Part shown: in pieces, positions 24,801 through 38,349 of the stretch | Layout of the letters: each line of letters starts with the position of its first letter | How positions within the stretch are numbered: the stretch's first letter is position 1 | Source: Vermamoeba vermiformis | Lineage: Eukaryota | Reading direction: 5' to 3' | NCBI GenBank assembly: GCA_045837725.1 | Contig: JBEWZL010000003.1 | Coordinates: forward strand, 496,001-560,000 | DNA: 64,000 bases | Notes under the pieces: generated by a model | Told to the model about the DNA's origin: nothing | What the model saw: only the letters and a program-made list of their open reading frames with translations | The model's database searches: none | Translations under genes and position numbers: made by a program

Positions 24801-26113
24801 ACTGGGGTATTAGTCACCGGCAAGTGTAACTATCAGAGACACTTACAGTTTACCGTGCTTCTCTTCAACGAACATATCAACGCTGTCTTCGTTCTCGCTT
24901 TTGATATCCAATAGTATAGACAGACTTTGTGCTTGTTGACCGTGAGTGCCGTGAGTGCCCTTAAGAGCGTTAGAGTCATAGTACGATGTAATTGTGCACA
25001 TATCTGTGACTTACAGGATTGCCGGCAAGACCAGCGGCATTACTCCATCTATCAAAACCGTTAACCCAACGCTGTTTTAACTTCAATAGTCGTGCGCTTA
25101 CCCTAATTTGTTACCATCGTGCCCTGGTTGACCGTACAAACCTGAAAAAATTGTGAGATCACGATGTAATCGACAATGGCTACGTACCATCAACACCAGA
25201 TACAGCCATCACTCCAAACTTATGTCTTTTAATATCACTCGAAATGATTCCTAAGTTCTCTTAGTTAAATTGTTACTAACAAACTATCATACGATGACTG
25301 CCACCAGTCGCAATCCTCTGCAGGCCTTGAAAACTGATTGGAAACAAACAGCGACTGTCATCCTCCTTGCTCATCACGCCTATATCTCGCTTTTGTTGCG
25401 GAGACGTTGCTTGTTGAGGTGTTACATTGCACATAAAATTGACTAAATTGTGTTGTACGAGTCGCAAGTTGTATTTCCGTCGTGGTTCAATAAAATCGCT
25501 GTAATATCTCTTGAGAATAGGCTGAAATGTTATTAGAAATAGACTTGATTATTTTTTGGTGTACCTCGTGCAGCTGCAGGAAATCTCGAACCTGAGGTAA
25601 GGTTCCAAGCACTGGATCTGCCATTAAAAAATCCAGATATTTTTGCAAGGCTATTTTACGGTCCTCTATCACCGACTATGCAATAATTATCTGATGAGAA
25701 CGTTTGTATTATTTTGAAAATTCGAAAGAAGCTTACCACTTTCATTTTGGAAACGACTTTCTTTGGAAAATCGAATGAAGAAAGCGTTTTATTATACAAT
25801 CCATGTGATGCCACGAGCTAAATAGGCGGCAATTAATTAAAGCAGAATTATGCCTAAAAACCTACATTTGTATGCAGCGCTAAAAATTCTCTGTATCTTT
25901 TAGATATAATAGTAAACACGGATGTAGCTCTAACAACCTTAATTTCATATTCCTGAATATTGAGGTCAGATCTACGCAAATAGGATCCAGATGGCATACC
26001 GTGAATGAAGACGAGCCTGTTCCCTTAGCCGTTGCTTTGTGTATGATTGCTGCGATAATAATATCGATAGGTTGTGCGAACAGCGATTTTCTGGGACTTG
26101 TGCTGCCTTCCAT
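21871..26113 (-). CDS. PX-domain protein with Gly-rich collagen-like repeats and downstream Ig/CARDB-like beta domains (multi-exon)
   Basis: Spliced PX motifs YEIKV..KRYREFLALH..FPKK..IEDRKIALQKYLDFL..VRDFL. GxGGxGG/GxDG repeats in ~24000-25200. FNVTVVELEVTDGNNDGYISFGDTLTLTKVTVCNTGGLTLP follows. Exons link by GT-AG introns. Confidence 0.72.
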
Positions 26114-26162
26114 CACGCAAGAAAACACTAATAATTTTTATCTAACAATTTTATACAAAGCG

Positions 26163-29100
26163 TCAATTAAGTTCCTTCTTGCTTGGTTCAGAAGCTTGGC
26201 TGGCGCTTTCTTGTTCGCTATCTTCTTCGTTCTTCTGTTCGCCTGCCTCAGATTTGCTGGCCTCGGATTCGCTCGTCGAGCTTTCAGGATCAGCTGAGCT
26301 GGGGTACATATCATTGTCGCTATCCTCATCATTCGTATCGCCCGTCTGGATTTCCTTCGAGTTATCAGTCGCAGCAGATGCGACCGGATCTCTAGCTCCC
26401 GGAACGTCTGCTGTGGTCGTCTTGGAAGTATCATCCATACGATCGCTGCGTACAGATAGTGCTGAATTCTTAATCGTAGACATCTTCGCGCCCTTAGTGC
26501 CCGACGTGTTAGGCGAGGTCGTTGTTCCGTAGCTGGTCTCAGAGTCGGTTGTCTTTGTAACTGCCGCAACAATTGTAATGGGAATGACCTCGACGGCAAT
26601 AAGAAGACCTGAAAAATATTGGCGTTAAGTTTGTCGTCGTATATATTCGCTTGGAAACATACCCATAGCGAGGGTGTTGTTCTGATAGTTGGAGAACAAC
26701 AGTGCCAGCAAGAATGCGCATTGACACAACAAACCAACGCTGCAAATGAAGGTCGTCCAAAACACTCGCTTACGACCGCTGATTCGGGACTTGCCCTTCT
26801 CTCCTTTAGCGCGTGAGCTCAACATGTTGCTGTAGACTGTAAAGCCGTAAATGATGAACCCAAGGCCCAAGATCAACGAAATGGCAGAGACAAACAAGCG
26901 ATAAGTGTATGCGATCTGTTGGCGCGTGTTCAAATCAAAGTTTTGCAAACGACCTCCGCAAACAGGCACGTCTTGCTTCAACGCCTCGTACAGAATGATC
27001 AAGAGGATGAAAATGGTGTAGATGACTGCATTCGTGATGATAACGTAGCGGGTGATTGTTTGATTGATGCGATTGCGAGAGACATTGGGCCTCCTGATGA
27101 CGCGAGCAACAAACATCCTGAAGACTCAGTTAGTGCCGAGCTAGCTAATTCATCGCGTGCTTACCAAATAATGACGAAGAAACTCAATGCTGAGAAGTAC
27201 AAGAAAGAAGGCAATTCGATGATGACATAATCACCTGCTGAAAATACAGCTCCACCAACCGTCAGAAGGAAGAACAACAAACGAACTGTTATTTTAGTGT
27301 CAGAATTCCTGTCGATAAGCATTGGTGTTGTACGTACCAATGCAAAGACCGCACAAGATGAGCAACACAAGGTAGGTCAGTTGAGTCCACTTGCCAAGAC
27401 GCATGATCATGATCGCCTTTACCAAGGTAAATGCTGCGCAGAACGCGTACAATATGATGCAAATAATGATCAAGGCCAACTCGTGGTCCAAGAAGTTCAC
27501 TTGTCGCTTGATTGTGGCATAATTTGCTTGTCTCGCAATGGGGAAGTACGCATAAGAGTTATTCAGGCTAGGTGAGACAAGTTGTGCGACTGTGCCGCAA
27601 AGTTTGCCTTGACTCTCGGTAACTTCAACTTGCAACGGAGTAACATTGTTGGTACCAATATCGCTAAAAATTAGTTGTTTAGTTACACCATCAGTGTTTG
27701 GATAGAGTGCTTACACCAATGCGATATCACGAACAGGGAAACGCTCTGTATTTTTTGCAATGGAGTTGTTGACAACGGGCACGCAGATGGTGAAGTTTCT
27801 AAGAGTTCCACCTTCAAACTAAATGAAAATGTAAGCCTGAAGCAGAGTAGTATGATAACGCACGTCAAAAGAAATGCCGTCGCCAATAAAACCTCCAACA
27901 ACAGCATTGTTAGTGTTGACGAAGGTGTAGTCCTCTTTGGAGTTGAAGTTGATCAAGAAGGTGGAAATGGCATTCTGGACTACAAGTTAGCATGCATATG
28001 TACTTGTAAACTCGAATTGCTTACCAAAGCAGAAAACTTAAACTTCTCCACGCTTGTGTAACCAGTCTTTAAACTGATGCACAAGCTGCTCGATTCCAAC
28101 GAAGAGTTGCCGTATGTGACTGCTATCTTCGTATCAACGTCCTACAAGGAGTAATTAATCCATGCACGGAGCGCATAGGTGCACTTACACTAATAGTACC
28201 ACCAACGGCTTGGCAAACAATGGTCAAGGCATCAGTGATGCTAGGATCGTAATCCGAGAAACACTGTTCTGAGAGATCGCCAGACGGGCTGCAGCCGCAC
28301 GTAACGATATCGAGCAACTGTACTTGTTGCGCGTACATGCACTGGTTCTCCGTCTTCAAGTTGTAGCTATACTTGACGTTAACAGCCGCATTGATACCTT
28401 CATTGAGGTTGAAGAAGTCAAATGTAGGAGTTGCAGAGTAGCGACTAGTGTAGGCACGTGCTTGCCATGTAGGTGTCCTGATAATGCCGCCTTGATAGGT
28501 ACCCTGTCGCACAGTTATAATACATGTTTAGTGACTAAAGGGATCACTTACAGAACGCCACTTCAGAATCGGGCCATAGACACCACCTACGGCTGCACAA
28601 GCCTCGGGTCCTTTCATTGTGATGAAGTAACGGTTGTTCCAAGTCGACACGATGCGACGCTCAGTGCAGCCATAGCCAAATGCATTGCACTCGTCTTCCG
28701 TGCGTGCTTTCTTTCGCCATACACCTCCACCGCTTTCACAAGCCGTTTGATTGATTGTAGTGTCCACGCAACCGTAAGGCTGAGCCCAGGACGGTGCTTT
28801 ACAAGCAGGGGTGTTGTACGGGTTCAGTGGTTTTACGCACGCGCCGTTCCTAGTAATAAATGCATTAGTGTACGTCGTTTCCGCGCAGCTCTAACTTACC
28901 CAACGTAATAATCGCCATCGCACACACCTGCAGTTGTACAGCTGTTCTCATCATTGCACGGTACGTCATTAGTTCCGTCAAAGCACGTGACGCTGCAGCT
29001 CAAACTGTTGCTGCACTGGGCCTGATGAGATTAAAATCAGCTTCTGCTAAAGGCAAAGACCAGTAACATACCTCAGAGTTGACGACAATGACAGAGCTGT

Positions 29101-32100
29101 CGTGCTTAACACAGGCCTGAGCTGACGTGCATTCAGGTTCGGTGGTGAGTGAGGTGAGTTCAACACAATCTTGACCGTTTTCACAAACACCGCAGAAGTC
29201 AGCAGACTGCACCGGATCCAAGCAAGCAGATTTGCACGTTGAGTTTGTATTCGTGCTCAAGTCCTCGCAGTTAATCCAGTTGCAGTATTGCAACAGATTG
29301 CATGACTGTGCGGGGAATGCTTGCTACTGTGTGTTAGAGGAAAGTTGCAGGCCAACCGATTTGGTTTACTTACCCAAACTTTGCCGCAGCTACCGCCAAT
29401 ATTGTTGCACTCGAAGGGCACGGTGCACGACTTGTCTAAGCAGGCATACTCGGGGCACAATGGACAGACAAATGTGGAGAAGGAAGGAACTATGACAAGG
29501 TTAACAGGACAACATTAAATGTGGGCAATACGTACTCAACTTCCATCGGTGTCTGTACTTAATAGCCAAGTCATATTCACTAGCGCAGTCATTCACCGTG
29601 AAAGCAGTCTTCCATTGTTGGAAGTTCGCCTCGTCACCCACGTCAAGAGCTGTTTGAATTCCTTGGTCTTTTTCGATGTAGTCGCGAATGAAAGGGTTAA
29701 TATCGTCCAAGAAGCACTTCACAGTGGATTAATACAATAATCGTGATGAATGCAAGACTTACGTGAAGGAAAAGATCGATGCGGTCACTCATCGGATAGA
29801 GACACTTGTTATGCACGAGATCGCACTTCGTTGATCCCTCGCAGTCTGAATCACTCCAGCAGGGGAATCCTTGCGCAGGTAACACGCCAAAGACCTCTTC
29901 TTTGCATCTTTGATAAGGCTCATAAAGATCAGCGCGGAAGTTGAGCGCCTAGTTTGGTCAGTTTAGAGCATTCTTACTTGTGGTGTACTTACATTAGGTG
30001 TGTTTGAACTGCAACCAACCAATGTATCTGCCACTGTCAATGACTTTTTGGCAAAGTTTTGAGCGAAAATCGACAAGCAACGAGGAGCGTAACATTGGTC
30101 TGTGGCCGCGGTTATGTCTGAAAACACTTCCAATGGCACCGTTTGAGAACGGGGATTACAATTTTCAGCCGTCCAGCCAATAGAAGTGTTGCAACATGGA
30201 TCGGAAGCAAACAAGGGAGAACTCTGAGGTCGTATTAGTATTAGACGAGCCAGCTTGCATACAATCTACTTACCGAGGTTACTAAGCAAGCCTTCGTATC
30301 AAGCGTGACATTTGTGACGGCTCTTGACGAAAAGCCGAGAGCAAATTGCTTGCAGTTATACACGTTTCTACCAGCTGCGTACGTGTCCAACTGAAAAGCA
30401 GTGAGAAGAGCAACGGGCATGTGAAGGCACTTACCTGATACCGTATGTTGGACAGATCCAAGCCTGTCGTTACGCTCTCTTGGTCTGCAAGAAGCTTGTT
30501 CATGCGAGCTACAGTGGCATCTAATTCCGCGAAGTCACACTCCTCTGCTGTGGGCGTGAAGGTCACTGTCTCTTGCACGGGCTACAGGGGTCAGTGCACG
30601 TTTTTAGCCAATACGACGCACGTACCTGCTTGTTTGAACTCCACAGAAGTCGACCACTAAACTTCATCTGACAGTTCATTAGATCAGCCTCGGCTATTCT
30701 GAATCTGCTTTGCAAGGACACTGTCAAGTTCAGCATGACCACTGCGACAAACTTGTTGGCCAAAGGATTTGACGGCTTGTCCGACAGTCTGCCACCATGT
30801 TAGAACTCGTTTTCATCCCACATTACACTTACTCAATGCCGTTAATGTTCGGAATACCGCGAGTGAAGAGCGGTCGAGGATAGAAAGGTGCTGGATCCGC
30901 TACGGGATTCACGAACCAGAAATAATAACAGTCAACGCCGTTCGACAGACGCTCGAAACACGAAAAGCTTTGATTGTTGGGGCACTGCATGTACGCAGAG
31001 CTTAATACCTCGAAAGGGTATTGGAAGTTGTTGAACGAGTCGATTGGCTGCGTGTGGAACCAGCCAGGATTCGTCGAAACAATGAACGAGAAGCCCTTGG
31101 AAGAAGCACGCGTAGCATTGGCCGCGATGTAAATCTTGTTGATTCCAAGGTCCTGTTGGTTGTAAGCAAAGCGCTAACTATTATTAGTCCTTACTTGAGG
31201 GCAGATAACGAATGCGCCCTTCTGAATAGTGCCACCAGTCTCCATTCCACCCGTGAAGAGTTTGCTTTCGAACTTGAGTTCAGGGAATGGATCGTACGAG
31301 AAGCCACTAACATTAAACGTTAGAACTCGCCCAAGATACTCGAATGCACTTACATGAAAGTTTCAATGCCAGTCAAGAATGAAATGGTAGTGCATTCGTT
31401 GGGCAAGGCCATCTCGTAATTCTTGGTTTGTGTCGTTGTCTCGAAGACCCACTCATCGTCAACGATGCACGTATGGTTTGCGTGCTCAGGAGTGCAAGGC
31501 AGTGCAGTGATAGCCGGAGGAATGTCTACAAACACTTCAGTATCAGTTCGTATGGGGTAACCTTAGCTTACCATGCGCAGTCACCGTTACAGTCACTTTA
31601 GCACCAACTCCTTGCGCAATATTGCCAGAGGGGAATGAATAGATTCCAATCACTAAGGTGCCGAGTTCGAAGGCGCTGAAATCGCTAGGGCACAGAATCA
31701 TGGATTCGGGACCGTATTTACCCTGAACCCGCGGCAAGCCATTGGGCGTTCCTAAAGAGCCTATTTGTAAAGTAAGAGTTACTACTAATTCAAATGGAAG
31801 AGTGCAAGGAGATCCGTGTGGAGATTATGTTTTTGCCTAAATTGGAAATCACGGATAGCAATCCTTTGTTTTTCAAAGATAACGTTCTGTTATAAGATCA
31901 TGATCTCTGTTATATGCATAACGCATTCCACGGTTTTATACCACCATGTTATTATTGTCTTCGTTATTTTAACGTTAATTTAAATTCTTATAGACCGGAT
32001 CTTACCTCCTGCGTCGAAGGTTGCTGCAGTTCCAACGTAGATATCAGGATCTCCATTTTCAGCAACGAGATCGAAATGAATGAATTTACAAGCGTGTTGC

Positions 32101-32758
32101 GAACCTAAGAATCAAATTATGAATAAGACCTTCTGCCTTAGTTAAGATCAGCCTACCAATGTAAATCTTGTAATTATTAGTTTCTCCAGGGGCTACATAA
32201 TCCGAGAAAGGTACTCCAAGCTGCAAAGTCTGTGGCACAAACACTTTAATACCTATTCCTCTTGCCGCGATCCACAAAATAACTTACAGTGTTGATGGCG
32301 CACGTTAAACCAACAGGACAATTGCAACCATTAGGAGCCTTGCCGCTGCAAACGTCCGCGCTCGTATAATCGCAGATACAGCTCGGTACAGATGCGCAAG
32401 TTTTGTTTTGGCAAGCCCCTTCAAACGATCAATAAGTAAATTAATTTATACTATAATGGATTACCATAAGTTTTCGCAAGTAGCAACGGCTCATCAAACT
32501 CTACTTCCAAAACATCCTGTTGAAAGCAAATTATGATGTTAGATCGCTCGAAACAATTGTCGCGTTATCTTACGATGGCCGTAGGAAAGCCCAATACATC
32601 TACTTTCTTGATCTAAATTATAACGTAACGTAACATGCGTTAGTAAACGAACGTTAACCGTTAGAAATCTGTACCTGTGATTTGGCGCTGGTAATCTCGC
32701 GTGCAACGGATTGCCCTATTAGCCAGGCAAATAAAAGCAGCTTGATGTAGCTTGCCAT
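26163..32758 (-). CDS. Large Cys-rich ectodomain + 7TM (THH1/TOM1/TOM3/DUF1084-like) receptor with an acidic Ser-rich tail (many exons)
   Basis: Signal peptide MASYIKLLLFAWLIGQSVA. Many Cys-rich exons in 28-32.5 kb. Seven hydrophobic helices in 26.55-27.5 kb, including DYVIIELPSFLYFSALSFFVIIW. A single-gene model is inferred from uninterrupted same-strand exons. Confidence 0.72.
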
Positions 32759-33644
32759 CGTTGCGTCCTTTTTTTAAAAATAAACCTTATTTATACACAT
32801 TTTAACAATAAACAAACTGCTATTCCTTTTTAGGCGTAAGAAAACCCGGAATTTCATAGCTTTTCCCTGGGTTGTTTGGTGCGTTAAGAAATTCAGTACA
32901 ATGCAGTCCATCGGTTCCAGAAGAAGACTGGCCTCCTACAAAGCAAAGAGGGATTACGTATTGCCAGCGCCTCGGGCCAATTAATCCGCAGGCGACAAAA
33001 AACTCATAACATATTCTACGTACCTCAAACAGCTCCAACGCCGAGCAGCTAACAACAAAATGAGCACCATAGAACTGAGCGCCGTAGAGTCCGCAGAAGA
33101 GTTTTCAATCTGTAAGCAACAAGAGCTCACCAGAAGCTGCATGGCATTATAAAAAGGAGCCTGCTAATTATTTTTGTCGGTAAATGGTATGCTTCAGGCC
33201 GTTTACGAAAATTGTTTGTCTCAAATCCATCTCTCGATCGACAGACAATTAAATTTTATCTTATTTCCGCTATTGATAGGTTCAGACGTTAATCTTTTGG
33301 TTACAATCCTTGATACGGAAATGAATATTAATATTTTTTAATTATTTAAGATAGATATTAATAATATCTTCTTTTAACAGCGAACTTACCAAATCCCTGC
33401 AGTGGAAAAGCACTTTTCCTCCACGAGCAATATAACGGTTACGCATACTACTCGTGGTTACGCGCAATACGTGTATTAACTACGGAAAGTTGTGGTATCA
33501 AGAACAAAAACACATCGCGGAATAACACCTACATCCATCAACTTGTCTTCGACAAATCAACGGAGATACCGAAAGATCACAGAACATAATTGTAAACAAT
33601 TTATTAACGTTTCAGATTACTCAGTCGACAACATCAGCAGAGAA

Positions 33645-35607
33645 ATGCGACAGATCTCGTGTACCTCATTTTTGTCGCTATGCACAGTTTTGTTGCTGGT
33701 ATGTATGACAGACGTCACAGTCAGATCTTTTTGGTATTTAAAACAGATTATAAGCATTATTCCTGACAATGGAATCATTAATATGATAAAATTGCTAATA
33801 AGATGTCTTTTTGCAGGTTTCCCAAGTCTCGACTGAATTTATCTACATTGACTTGGCGGACAACAATAATACTGCCGTAATATCTGCTCCACGGGCTGGT
33901 TATGGATTGCTTGATTTTAATATCACGGGAGACATAGGCTTTGTAGATCCAATTGACGCGTGCACAGAAATACTGAATCCGGAACAACTGGTGGACAAAA
34001 TCGTGTTCGCTGATTTCGGTACATGCAGCCCATTATTGAAAGCACGATCAGTGCAAAAGGCCGGCGTAAAGGTAAGCCTACAAGTGAATTTAATTTTTAT
34101 AATTAGCCCAATTTTGATTCTTTCATTCTTGAACTAAAATTGGTTATTCCTAACGACTTGGATGTAATATAGGCCATTATATTACGAGAAAGTAATTCAG
34201 TCATTCCCGGATCTCTGTGGGGAGCGACGGACGGAACAAACTGGGATGACATCCAGATCCCTGTGACATTCATGTTAGCAGCAGTAAGCAACGACTATAG
34301 GATGCAATTATAACATAAATCATCTTATCGCATTGCGTAGGACGGTGCTATCGTCGAAGAAGCGTACAAGAAAGGAAACGCTGTTGGTTTTCAATTAAAC
34401 GCAGGTATGTCAAGGAGGATTTAGCTCAATTACAAAGCAATTCAATTTCTATTTTTAAATCTAAAAATAACTTAAAATTGATACGTGATCCGAACAGAAA
34501 TCTCGCAGTGGCAGATCATTTTTTTGAGCCCGGTGACAATGGGTATATGGATTGTGATTGACATAGCTCACTTGGCTCTCATTATTCTGGCAACTGCTGT
34601 CTTGGTTCCTCACATACGCAATTATATTCGAAAACGCACCGATCACGGACGGATCCCGATCATAATTTTGTCCGTCATTATTGGAAGCTGCATATGTAAG
34701 TGGGATTACGTTCTCATTACTTACTTCTAACAATCATACGCAGTGCGCATCTTCGTTCATTTAATGAGTGCCTACGCGTTTGCCTACACGATGTATATAC
34801 CTCCTCACGTCTTCAATCCGCACTGGAGTGTTTCATCGCTCATGTTTGCTGTAGCTGACAGCGCCGTGCAAATCGTGTTCGCACTGCTCTCGCTCAGTTG
34901 GTACTCGACAGTGAAGGCCAAGGCAGTTCCACCTCCTCTTGCCAAGCTGAAAGTCCCACTCATCATTGCTGCTGCTGTTGTTGCGGGAGTACAAATCATT
35001 GGTATCTTGTTCGCAACGATATTTTGGAATTCGTTCATGGTAGGCATTTTCGGCATTTTGATTATGTTGTTCTGGTTGGTAAGTAGATAGTTTTGTTGCT
35101 TGAGAAAGGTCTTCTCACGCCTCCATAGGTCTTAGATATTGTTTATATCATTGCCGCCTCCAAATTGTACAAAGCCTTGAGGCTTAACGACAAAGACAGA
35201 TTTACTAGCGAAAAGCGAGCACGCAAGAACAAGCAGGTAAGTTTCAAAATTACATTACCGAATGCGTGAAGTTGACACGTGAACAGTTTGCTACCAAAGT
35301 TATTGCCCTCGCCGTCGCCTTCTTCTTGAACTTCTGCGGAGGTCTGTTCCAAGTTATCTTCGGCTCCAGTCCAATGGCTTTCTTCCAAGTCGTCTACCCA
35401 TTCATCACTGCAGGCTCGGTGCTGATCTCAATGTACATTGCCACGACCATGTTCTTGCGCATCGATAAGAACCGAAGTAGCTCTTCTAGCGATAAGACCT
35501 CGCGGGATAACAATTCCAAAGACCGTTCTTCCAAACTACGCGATACAAACTCGCGCCCATTGTCGTCGAAAGTGGATGTCGACTCGAAGATGGACGTTGA
35601 GGTATAG
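33645..35607 (+). CDS. Signal peptide + PA (protease-associated) domain + 7 TM helices (receptor-like), multi-exon
   Basis: PA motif DACTEILNPEQLVDKIVFADFGTCSPLLKARSVQKAGVKAIII...IQIPVTFM...DG. Seven hydrophobic segments in 34500-35460 and a Ser-rich tail. Confidence 0.78.
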
Positions 35608-35850
35608 TTGCTTTTTAGTATTTATTACCGGCCTACCGGATTGTATTATGATATTTTTTACTAGTAAACGTTTAGTTGTGAGCTTCAAGGTGCACAGTAA
35701 ATAATTTCCGAAGTTTAACATGTTCGACAGGTCCTTCGTTGAAAATTTGATATCTTGGCATTTACAATTTGATTTATTTCATCGGCCACGCATGAATGAG
35801 CGCAATTTCAAATAAGAACATATCTCGTAAATAACCGAAACTAGTTAGCA

Positions 35851-38143
35851 ATGCAACAAGATTTAGACGCTCCGTTGCTAACTGATCCGAAATCTGACAC
35901 GGAAGTCCTTCTTGAAGCTACGGGCAGGTCCTCGAGCGAGTCTCAGTACCGAGTCTTTTCAGCAAAATCACCCTCACGTTGGAAAAAGCTTCAACAATTA
36001 ATAGTTTCTGGCGTCTCAAAAATCGGATTATTATATACAACACTAGTGAGTACAATGCGCAGTTATAGACGGCTTTTGCTAATTTCTGCAGTTTGGTGTT
36101 ATTCTAGGAGGAGTTTTCGGCTATGTGATTTCAACGCTCCATCCGCCGCAGGAAGTAAGCCGATGGATAGCTATACCGGGTACATATTCGAATATATTAA
36201 ATGCCTATTGTTACCGGCTTTTTTACTTTATTAACGATGATTTGCAATTATAATGATAAAAAAGCTTAATTAATATTTTGTGATTGTAGGCGAGCTATTT
36301 TTGAGGTCTCTTCGCGCTTTAGTCGTACCATTAATTTCAACAAATATGATTGTTGCGATGAGCAATATTTCTAACATGTCTCATGTAAATACAATCAATT
36401 AAATGCAAATTATATTTAGACGCTAAAGTTAACAATTCTCTTTATTCTACAGGCCGGCAAGATTGGATTGAGATCGGTCATATTTCTACTTGTGATGGGT
36501 TTTCTCGCTGTAGGTCAAGGAATTTTGTGGATCCTCGTGTTCCGCCCGCACTTCTCCGGCGTGTATACGGGACAAATGGACACAACGGAGCATCGCAATA
36601 TTATTAGAAGAAGTGCCTGAAACACCCGCTTCAAATAACTCGTAAGTTCAAATATCAAATGGTTGCTGGATCTGATTGCTTCTGCAGGACGAGTGGCCAA
36701 AGCGCCGAAGACTTAATTGAAAGTATTCTATTCTCCATCGTACCAGACAATTTGATCGTAGCTGCGATGACACCGAATATTCTGTCGGTCCTTTCATTCT
36801 CTGTCGTGTTCGGTAAGCCGATTATGCACGCGAGATCTGTTGGATGACCAAATAATGCAGGTTTAATTCTCGCTCGTATTCACTTGGCACCTAATGAGCG
36901 AAATCTCGTGCAAGTGTTCTTCAATCAAGTCAACATCACGCTGCTAGAACTCGTTGAAAAGATCATCAAACTGACCCCCATCGCTGTGTTCTTCTTAATT
37001 AGTAAGGCGTTATTATTGTATAGAGGTCTTGGTACTAACTCTCAATGTACAGCTGGTGAAATTGGAGGGCATCCACAGCTCTTCCCGTACTTGATCAACC
37101 TCGGGTAAGCAGCTCTTGCTTGTTTAACGCCGTGGCTGACCTCGGCTTGTTATCAGTATTATGACCGCTACAATCATTATCGGTCTCATCGTCCACGTGG
37201 TCGTGTTTTACTTCCTCGCCTACGCAATAGTAGTGCGCAAGAGTCCGTTGAAATTAGTTGTGCACCTCAAGTCCGTGTTCTTGCAGACTTTTTCACGTGC
37301 TTCAGCAGGTATGAATCTTGTGTATAAGAAACAACCAAGTAACTAAACCACTGCAGTCGTCACACTGCCCAAGGCGATGGAAGCACTGGAGAAACATTAC
37401 GGTGTGCCGAACAACATTGCGAGATTTTTGATGTCGATGGGCGGTATGTGCAACACGTGCAGCTTTGTCAATAATAGTCACTAACGAGTATTAGTTACGT
37501 TGAACATTGATGGCCTTGCCGTCTACTTACCTGCAGCAGTCGTGTTCTTAATGGAAATCACTGACCGTCGCGCAGACATTCCACATCTGTTGCTCACAGC
37601 GATTGTAGCCACATTTGGTGCCGCTGGTTCAAGGTAACGAACTGTTATTACTGCGAGTTATACGCATCAGTTAACTGACCTTGTCTAGTGCCGTGCCTGG
37701 CTCGAGTTTGATTATGATCATCTTGACGTGGCAAGCGTTATTCCCTAACGAACGTATTCCTATTGAAGTGTCGTTAATTACAGCTGTTGATTGGCTCCTC
37801 GAACGATGCGTGGCGTGCGGTGAGTCTGAAATGTTTCTTAATTCGCGGAATTATTCTGCGTGCTAATTATAACTCCTCAGTAACGTTATTCGGTGACTGC
37901 GTCATGACGCTGGTAGTGAACGAACAAATGAAGAAATCTGAAGCGCGAAAGTTGTTGACGGCCAAACAACTTGCCAAACAAGCAAATCTGATTAAGAGCA
38001 TGGCCGGTCTCGCGAGTTATCACAACCGCGATGTATTTTACGAGCAGGCTGAAGAGACGCGCCAACAACGAGCGACTATTGTACTTGGTGCGCACAAAGT
38101 GATGAGCGAAGATTTTGATGAGATGGAAGAGGTTGATGATTAG
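35851..38143 (+). CDS. Dicarboxylate/amino acid:cation symporter (SDF/SLC1 family), divergent, multi-exon
   Basis: YPGELFLRSLRALVVPLI, VPDNLIVAA, NILSVLSFSVVFG, TFSRASAVVTLP, GVTLNIDG, AVPGSSLI and AVDWLLER. Confidence 0.9.
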
Positions 38144-38349
38144 CGGCCTCGATGAATATGTATTATACCGTCGGCAGTACATTCTATTGCGGATGTCTGC
38201 TGTACTAGCCTGAATAAAATCAGTTTTGTAATGTGGATTGTGGCTGGGTTTGGTTGGATCCCGAACGGCAATTTGAGCTAGATGAAGTTGGGAGATTTAC
38301 GTTAAACTAGTGCAATTCTCCTTCAAATTTGGGCGACGGGAATATATAA

